Source of the DNA: Octopus sinensis
Taxonomy: Eukaryota
Length of the DNA stretch: 6,004 nucleotides
Direction of reading: 5' to 3'
Assembly: GCF_006345805.1 (NCBI RefSeq)
Contig: NW_021829739.1
Location: forward strand, 1-6,004
Of the stretch, positions 1-6,004 are shown one piece after another. Each line of letters starts with the position of its first letter. Position 1 is the stretch's first letter. The notes under the pieces are model-generated. The model was not told where the DNA came from and ran no database searches. It was given only the letters and a program-made list of their open reading frames with translations. A program made the translations under genes and the position numbers.

Positions 1-180
1 GAGAGAGTATTAGTGCGTATGAGAGGTCTGGACGTGTGTATGTATAGGTTGGTGTATGTATTAGTATGTATTAGTATGTATAAGTACGTATTAGTATGTA
101 TAAGGGTGTGTGTGTGTGTGTGTGTGTGTGTATGAGAGAGTATTAGTGCGTATGAGAGGTCTGGACGTGTGTATGTATAG
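1..180 (+). repeat. Perfect 47-bp direct repeat (1-47 and 134-180) enclosing a 10-bp minisatellite and (GT)13
   Basis: GAGAGAGTATTAGTGCGTATGAGAGGTCTGGACGTGTGTATGTATAG occurs twice at a spacing of 133 bp. GTATGTATTA-type unit x5 at 54-103 and (GT)n at 106-131. Confidence 0.95.
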
Positions 181-237
181 ACAGACACACACATACATAT
201 ATACATACACACACACATATATATATATATACTTATA

Positions 238-533
238 ACTTGGGAGTGAATTTGGTTGTCGGAAAATGGGTGGGAGCTAGTCGTCTACATACATGCATGC
301 ATACATACATACATAAATATATATGTATGTGTGTATGCATGTATATGTATATATGTATGTATGCATGCATGTATGTATATAAGTGCCTGTGTTTGTCCTT
401 CCACCGTCACTAAGCGCCTCGGTAAACGAAAAATAAATTTTGGTACCACAATTAAAAATAAGTACGGAAATTGATCTTCTCAAGGTGGTGCTCCTACATG
501 GTCGCAATCCAATGATCAAAGCAAAAGGAAATT
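238..533 (+). mobile_element. Decayed SINE-like interspersed repeat with internal microsatellite
   Basis: Blocks TTGGGAGTGAATTTGGT..GGAAA..GTCGT, then a TA/TG-rich microsatellite, then GTGCCTGTGTTTGTCC, AAAAATAAGTAC and CAAGGTGGTGCTCC..CATGG.CGCA..C.AATGA. These occur in the order I recall for a high-copy octopus repeat. Recognition is from memory only. Confidence 0.55.
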
Positions 534-726
534 AAAGTAGATATCAGAAGAATCGTGGAAAATCTTACTGGCATTCTGATGCTTTAATATACATGTTTGA
601 ACAGGCCGAACAACTCTAAACGTCAGCCTACACTCCGATGAGATAATTGAATTTCCATGGTGAATACTTTAGGAGATTAAAGTGCATCCAATTATGGAGC
701 TCTAAATCATGAATACTAGCAAATTA

Positions 727-945
727 TACGTGAGGACGGTGCTGAAAAGTTCCTGGCTTCGAGTAATAAAAAATTTAGGGGAATCAGTTAATTATGATTT
801 TATTCAGCATATTCCACTCTCAGATTATTGTAGTGGTCCTTCAGTTTTTCTAAGCCTTCTAAAAGAACTCGGAGGTTTAGGACTCTAATCAAGCCTTTCG
901 TGATACCCTTAAAGCCAGGAGCTTTTCAGCACCTCGTCGTGTGTA
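727..945. mobile_element. Tc1/mariner-type MITE of about 220 bp
   Basis: Inverted termini GGTGCTGAAAAGTTCCTGGCTT (738-759) and AAGCCAGGAGCTTTTCAGCACC (912-933) match 21/22. TA dinucleotides flank both ends, the outermost bases are diverged, and there is no ORF. Resembles an abundant octopus MITE as I recall it (not database-checked). Confidence 0.8.
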
Positions 946-1063
946 TATATACATATATATGTATATAAAGATATATATGTATGTGTGTGTGTGTATGTGT
1001 GTGTGAGTGTGTCTGTTTGTGTGTGTGTGTGTGTGTGTGTCTGTGTGTGTGTGTGTGTGTGTA
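943..1063. repeat. Compound (TA)/(GT) microsatellite
   Basis: Visible dinucleotide tracts. Confidence 0.95.
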
Positions 1064-1444
1064 GAAATTAATTGTTTGTAGGATTCATTTGAATCAAGGT
1101 ATTTTCAAAATAATGACACCAATATAGGGTCGAAATTAGCCTAGCCGTGTATATACTGTATACGGATGCTCACACTCGCACATATACCAATGCATATGCT
1201 GATATGTCATAACCGTTACATGTACAAGTACATGAAGTGACCAACGTATATATCCATATAAATATAAATGTATTTGAAATTTTCCGTACACGTGCAGACA
1301 AGTACGCACTTATCAGATCCATTGTGAGTTCCAGTTCCATCCTAGGGAAGGTTCCAGGTGTGGTGTTGACATAAAGAAAGAACACTTACTCGCTGATAAA
1401 ACAAGAGAATCAACACACATTCCACATCCCGGTATCAAATTTTA

Positions 1445-1447
<3 letters not shown>

Positions 1448-1475
<28 letters not shown>
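1448..1475. repeat. (TA)14 microsatellite at the inferred PLE 3' junction
   Basis: Perfect TA tract. Confidence 0.97.
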
Positions 1476-1663
1476 GATGAGTGTATTTTACCTTGTTAAC
1501 AATTAACACGGATAAAAAAATAAATAGTTACCAGGGCAGCAAAAATCTCACAAGTAAAGATGTAACTCCTTGTTTATAAAGGTTGAAACTTCGTGTTTAC
1601 GTTGAATATTTTGAATAATATGAATAAAAAAATGGAGTTAACGCAGGTTTTAAACAAGTATTT

Positions 1664-1714
1664 TTACTTTCTACATATGTTTCGAAAATTCCACTGATAC
1701 TATCAAAAGAATAA
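1664..1714 (-). ncRNA. Degenerate minimal type-I hammerhead-ribozyme-like motif, copy in left arm
   Basis: Minus strand reads TTATTCTT-TTGATA-G-TATCAGTGGAATTTT-C-GAAAC-ATAT-GTA-GAAAGTAA. It has GAAAC plus palindromic ACATATGT plus a GUA triplet, and stem I can form 7 of 8 pairs (2 G:U). The CUGANGA box is mutated and stem II pairs poorly. Confidence 0.45.
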
Positions 1715-1926
1715 AAGGTATAAACAATGCAATCTTCTCTTCGGGAAAGTGAAAAAACGAAACTCGTCAATACGACATTTTAGCAAAAAAGATGGATTCG
1801 TATAGCGATAGACAGAACGCTATTAATATTGTTTAAAAAAACGTTATATGTATAACGTCATAAGTAGCTAACAGAAAGAGTAGAGATATTATAGTGAATG
1901 TTAAATATAAAGGAATTAAGTTTAAA

Positions 1927-2318
1927 CTATATATAATGATAGAGACTACTTATATGCACACTAAAAGTATGTTTCTGCCAATGCTTAAATCTGTATGCTC
2001 GTTCTATAACCGTGTTTACTAGAGTATTTTTAGAAAAAATAATGAAAATAGCTCAGAATTGCAGAGAAGACAGAATTTCTTGCCTTTGTCATATGGTATC
2101 GAAATTGAGAGGATCAACCATTCTAAATGAAATTGTTCATTGTGGTCTTTTAAATCCCAAATCAGTTTGCTGAGACCGGTACTATTCCGTTTATTTCTAT
2201 CCCTAAATGTTGAGTAATGGATAGAAATTCTTTTAGATAACTCTAACGATGTGCTTCCAATGTAAAATCGTACTTTATTACGAGTACCGATTATACACTG
2301 GTATATAGAATTTTTAAT
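1927..2318 (-). pseudogene. GIY-YIG endonuclease domain relic of Penelope-like retroelement type; 5'-truncated, no start codon, one frameshift near 2041-2046
   Basis: Manual translation of the minus strand from 2318 gives IKNSIYQCIIGTRNKVRFYIGSTSLELSKRISIHYSTFRDRNKRNSTGLSKLIWDLKDHNEQFHLEWLILSISIPYDKGKKFCLLCNSELFSLFFLKIL* (stop at 2021-2019). After a frame change near 2041-2046 it continues IIFSKNTLVNTVIERAYRFKHWQKHTFSVHISSLYHYI* (stop at 1929-1927). It shows SIY...YIG (YIG at 2264-2256), the downstream R and H (KRISIH), S-T-x-LSKxIWxLK, CxLCxxE and LVN, the pattern I recognise in C-terminal PLE endonucleases. Confidence 0.88.
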
Positions 2319-2488
2319 CTACTCTTTCTGTTAGCTACTTATGACGTTATATCATATAACGTTTTTTTAAACAATATTAATAGCGTTCTGTCTATCGCTA
2401 TACGATCCATCATTTTTTGCTAAAATGTCGTATTGACGAGTTTCGTTTTTTCACTTTCCCGAAGAGAAGATTGCATTGTTTATACCTT

Positions 2489-2540
2489 TTATTCTTTTGA
2501 ATAGTATCAGTGGAATTTTCGAAACATATATAGAAAGTAA
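2489..2540 (+). ncRNA. Degenerate hammerhead-like motif, copy in right arm
   Basis: TTATTCTT-TTGAATA-G...C-GAAAC-ATAT-ATA-GAAAGTAA. The GTA of the other copy is ATA here, which breaks the stem III palindrome. Confidence 0.35.
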
Positions 2541-2591
2541 AAATGCTTGTTTAAACCTGCATTAACTCCATTTTTTATTCATATATAAACA

Positions 2592-2597
<6 letters not shown>

Positions 2598-2627
<30 letters not shown>

Positions 2628-2672
2628 TGTATGTATGTATGTATGTATGTATGTATGTATGTATGTATGTAT
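2598..2672. repeat. (TATG)n microsatellite, about 18 units, separating the two long inverted repeats
   Basis: Perfect tetranucleotide tract. Confidence 0.97.
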
Positions 2673-2736
2673 ATATACACATACAGATTTTCAGGCGATG
2701 AATATTTAAATATATATGTCTATATATACATTTATA

Positions 2737-3323
2737 TACATTTGAGTTCATGATACAAAGAAGTTCAAAGTTTGAATCCCTGACGACGGAGACTCAACTA
2801 ACCCAATGTTTATTTGCTTCAATTATTGGCCGCACACTTTTTGTGAACTACATCTACTTGTATTATGATGGATCTCCGACCCCCTAGGAACAGCTGTTGG
2901 GCTTATAACTCATTAATTCATACCTTTTAATTTGTTCACTATATACTGTTTCTATATGTGTGGACACACACACACACACACACATGCATACGTACATACA
3001 TATATACATACATACATACATACATACATACATACATACATACATACATACATACGTACATATACATATCTATCTATCTATCTATATATATATAGATCAA
3101 ACTTACACGGAGTACAAACGACAGAAAGATTAAAAGGTATAAATTAATGAGTTATAAGCCCAACAGCTGTTCCTAGGGTGTCCGAGATCCATCATAATAC
3201 AAGTAGATGTAGTTCACAAAAAGTGTGCGGCTAATAATTGAAGCAACTAAACATTGGGTTAGTTGAGTCTCCGTCGTCAGGGATTCAAACTTTAAACTTC
3301 TTTGTATCATGAACTCAAATGTA
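2737..3323. repeat. Long inverted repeat 2: arms 2737-2931 and 3129-3323 (195 bp each), 197-bp spacer
   Basis: Hand alignment shows 6 substitutions and no indels (about 97% identity). Shorter outer matches extend it: 2688-2704 with 3404-3420 (TTTTCAGrCGATGAATA) and 2706-2716 with 3363-3373, so the left arm looks like an internally deleted inverted copy of 3129-3421. Confidence 0.96.
2933..3084 (+). repeat. Direct duplication, copy 1, of unique leader plus compound microsatellite (copy 2 at 3890 to about 4042)
   Basis: Identical 31-nt leader TGTTCACTATATACTGTTTCTATATGTGTGG, followed in both copies by (AC)n, TGCA, (CATA)n, CGTACATATACATATC and (TATC)n. Confidence 0.95.
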
Positions 3324-3421
3324 AGATCTTCTCTCATCTAATTTTCTGTCATTTGTACTCTCTATATATTTAAGCTTTTGATATACAAATTTTAATACTT
3401 ATATATTCATCGTCTGAAAAT
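3095..3421. mobile_element. Unclassified non-coding element relic (possible second PLE pLTR-type or inverted-terminus element)
   Basis: Unique sequence starting directly after (TA)6. It is duplicated in inverted orientation upstream, has its own 17/18 inverted match (3110-3127 / 3343-3360), and contains AACAGCTGTT in a hammerhead-like context. No recognisable coding frame. Confidence 0.4.
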
Positions 3422-3491
3422 TTCTAAGTTTTGCTTTATTTCTGCTTGCATGTATATATGCGTATACACAGACACACACGCACATACGTAC

Positions 3492-3493
3492 TA

Positions 3494-3543
<50 letters not shown>
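3492..3543. repeat. (TA)n microsatellite
   Basis: TA tract with one TT interruption. Confidence 0.95.
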
Positions 3544-3547
<4 letters not shown>

Positions 3548-3641
3548 TGAAATAGAAAGATGAATGATCTGTTGCAGATTAATCAAAAGTTTAACCGATA
3601 CCTTGGTAGGAATCTTCGTTCAACTCCATTTCTTCAATTCA

Positions 3642-3644
<3 letters not shown>

Positions 3645-3711
<67 letters not shown>
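3645..3711. repeat. (TA)n microsatellite
   Basis: Perfect TA tract of about 33 units. Confidence 0.97.
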
Positions 3712-3715
<4 letters not shown>

Positions 3716-3889
3716 ATATCAACCCAAATCTTATATTTTATTTATCCGCATAAATGCCTCAATATCTGCTCACCAGCATTCCAATTATAGCGATTCTTTG
3801 CCTCGCCGCAGAATTGGTTCCTCGTAAGGACATCGAATCATTTGCACGGTACAAAGTATTTTCTCTGCCGAGAATTTCTGGATCTCATC

Positions 3890-4126
<237 letters not shown>

Positions 4127-4146
4127 GTCTTTCTCTCTAAATACAT

Positions 4147-4175
4147 ATACTTTTGTGTGTATACTTGTGTGTGTA

Positions 4176-4256
<81 letters not shown>

Positions 4257-4356
4257 TATTATATATATAATATATATATATTGTATGTATATATTATATA
4301 TATACAAACACATAGATATATGTATGTATACATATACATATGTATACATGTATGTG
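4147..4356. repeat. Compound (TG)/(TA)/(CATA) low-complexity tract
   Basis: Long interrupted TA tract at about 4178-4305 with flanking RY repeats. Confidence 0.93.
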
Positions 4357-4361
4357 TGTGC

Positions 4362-4500
4362 TGAAAGATAAACATAGAGAGAGGAAGAGTAGGGGAGTGA
4401 GAGAAGGGGAGAGGGAATGAGATAGAAATAAGGGAGACGATAGGGAGCGAATGAGAGAGATAAATAGAGACTGAGAGCTAACAATACATAGAAATAGAAG
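4362..4500. repeat. GA-rich polypurine low-complexity tract
   Basis: Degenerate GAGA/GATA runs with strong purine bias on the plus strand. Confidence 0.8.
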
Positions 4501-4584
4501 TATGTAGTTTGTTACATCGAGAAGAAATCACAGGCAAAAAGAAAAACAAAAAAAAACTACCAGCATGAAACCCGAATTAATGCT

Positions 4585-4622
4585 GGTGGTGGTGGTGGTG
4601 GTTGTGGTGGTTGTGGTGTGTG
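4585..4622. repeat. (GGT)n microsatellite with degenerate tail
   Basis: (GGT)6 followed by TGTGGTGGT variants. Confidence 0.9.
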
Positions 4623-4947
4623 GAACGATAATTGAGATGAATGACTATGTCGTAGAAACAAGGTGGTAGTGGTCGATGCCAGGGTTCCATTCCAACATTT
4701 TCTTACACAGGGGATCGATTATGTTCCTATTATATATTCGATACAACACTACTTTGATATTATTTATTCTATTTTCCTCTCGGCAGCTTTTCAGATCACG
4801 AAAATACAGTTCTTCCTTGGCTAACCATTATACTCCATTATAATCCTGTTGCCTTATCCAATATCGATTTTTAGCTTTATTTCTCTTTGTTATATATTTT
4901 TTCTCATTCTCCTTTGATTCATCGTCTTGACGATGATGATGATAACG

Positions 4948-5010
4948 ATATATATATATAATATATATATTATATATATATATATATATAATATATATAT
5001 ATATATATAC
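4948..5010. repeat. Interrupted (TA)n microsatellite
   Basis: TA tract with AA/TT phase shifts. Confidence 0.93.
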
Positions 5011-5192
5011 ATATGCTATTGTTGCTTTCTTTGTCATTGTTATTGTTGGTCCATGATCTATGTAAGTATGTGTGAGGTCTGAGTGTGGGAGTATGTGTCC
5101 TTTGCGAGCAAATTGGAGGAATCAGATCTCTTTTCTCTTTCCGAATTACCCTACGCTCATTACTCTATATCAAACAGCTGTACCTTTTAGCT

Positions 5193-5481
5193 ATACATAC
5201 ATACATACATACATACATACATACATACATAAATACATACATACATACATACATACATACATACATACATACACACATAAATACATACATACACACATAC
5301 ATACATACCTACATACATACATACATACATACATACACACATACATACATACATACATACACACATAAATACATACATACACACATACATACATACATAC
5401 ATACACACATACACACATATACACATACATACATACATACATACATACACATATACATACATATATACATACATACGTACA
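5193..5481. repeat. Long (CATA)n microsatellite with CACA/AATA variants
   Basis: About 290-bp tetranucleotide tract; source of the HTYI/MYVC pseudo-ORFs. Confidence 0.97.
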
Positions 5482-5611
5482 TGTTTCGATTCTGGCACTC
5501 ATGAATGTGAGTATGTAATTATAGGAATTCAAACATACATAGACACACAGACATACCTTCGAACATATATTCAAACGTATACACATCACATACACATTAA
5601 ATATATGTTTA

Positions 5612-5617
5612 TATATG

Positions 5618-5651
<34 letters not shown>

Positions 5652-5655
5652 CGTG

Positions 5656-5699
<44 letters not shown>

Positions 5700-5753
5700 A
5701 ACTTACACACGAATGTGAAAATCCGTATTTATCTATGTATGTATGTATGTATG

Positions 5754-5824
<71 letters not shown>
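5612..5824. repeat. Compound (TA)-(GT)n then (TATG)-(TATC)n microsatellites
   Basis: GT tract at about 5629-5696, TATG/TATC at about 5731-5824, separated by about 35 bp of unique sequence. Confidence 0.95.
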
Positions 5825-6004
5825 GAAACTATCCATCTATGTATATGTATAGTGCATACACATGTATATGTATGTGTCTATACGTATATTCAAGTGCGTA
5901 CAGATACATGTATGTGTCCCTGTGGAAGTGTACAAACACACAAACACATATAGAGAAACACACACACGCATTACACACATTTATATATTATATAGATATA
6001 TTCA

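Larger units (their letters stand above)
1476..2584 (-). mobile_element. 5'-truncated Penelope-like element: EN domain plus 3' UTR/pseudo-LTR, with an inverted partial pLTR copy at its 5' end
   Basis: The EN frame is followed on the minus strand by a non-coding tail running to (TA)14 at 1448-1475. Part of that tail (1618-1884) is repeated inverted at 2318-2584, exactly where the EN frame is truncated. No RT sequence and no definable TSD were seen. The left boundary is inferred from the microsatellite junction. Confidence 0.75.
1618..2584. repeat. Long inverted repeat 1: arms 1618-1884 and 2318-2584 (267 bp each), 433-bp spacer
   Basis: Hand alignment shows 3 substitutions and 6 single-base indels between the left arm and the reverse complement of the right arm (about 97% identity). 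Confidence 0.97.

Noticed and set aside
256-519. Overlapping ORFs 256-474 (+) and 277-519 (-)
   Set aside because: They run through the microsatellite inside the SINE-like relic. No protein signal.
1170-1385. 71-aa minus-strand ORF in unique sequence
   Set aside because: No recognisable motif, short, and expected by chance.
1618-2584. Reading inverted repeat 1 as the TIRs of a DNA transposon
   Set aside because: The enclosed frame is GIY-YIG rather than a DDE transposase, no TSD is evident, and unique tail sequence continues beyond the left arm to the (TA)n.
2780-2891. Perfect CTGACGA box with possible CGGAG/CTCCG long-range stem II as a hammerhead
   Set aside because: CTCCG is not followed directly by GAAA, the other arm has CTCGG, and no stem I is found.
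2738-2929. Stop-free frame across the left arm of repeat 2 (TFEFMIQRSSKFESLTTETQ...)
   Set aside because: About 63 codons with no recognisable family motif; consistent with chance.
1712-3143. Shared 13-mer TAAAAGGTATAAA in both repeat families (1712-1724 and 3131-3143)
   Set aside because: AT-rich, not extendable, and on opposite sides of the hammerhead-like motifs, so it is not accepted as evidence of homology.
4918-4935. 8-bp hairpin TCATCGTC-TT-GACGATGA
   Set aside because: Lies within ATC/GAT low-complexity sequence; isolated and short.
5171-5183. AAACAGCTGTA resembling the hammerhead stem III palindrome
   Set aside because: Lacks the G of GAAAC and has no upstream CUGANGA-like box.

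Overview
AT-rich, microsatellite-saturated eukaryotic non-genic DNA. The (CA)n/(TA)n/(CATA)n/(TATC)n mosaic and the recognisable SINE and MITE relics suggest an octopus-type (cephalopod) genome, which is an inference from recall. Most ORFs in the supplied track are microsatellite read-through, and none is a credible gene. The main hidden feature is not in the track: a minus-strand GIY-YIG endonuclease reading frame (2318->1927, no start codon, one frameshift) of the Penelope-like retroelement (PLE) type. It sits inside a 267-bp, ~97%-identical inverted repeat (1618-1884 / 2318-2584) whose arms carry a degenerate minimal hammerhead-ribozyme-like motif, and its 3' tail abuts (TA)14. This fits a 5'-truncated PLE with an inverted pseudo-LTR. 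A second, apparently unrelated 195-bp inverted repeat (2737-2931 / 3129-3323) follows immediately. Its spacer is largely a copy of a compound microsatellite located about 960 bp downstream. A mariner-type MITE (727-945) and a SINE-like relic (238-533) are also present.
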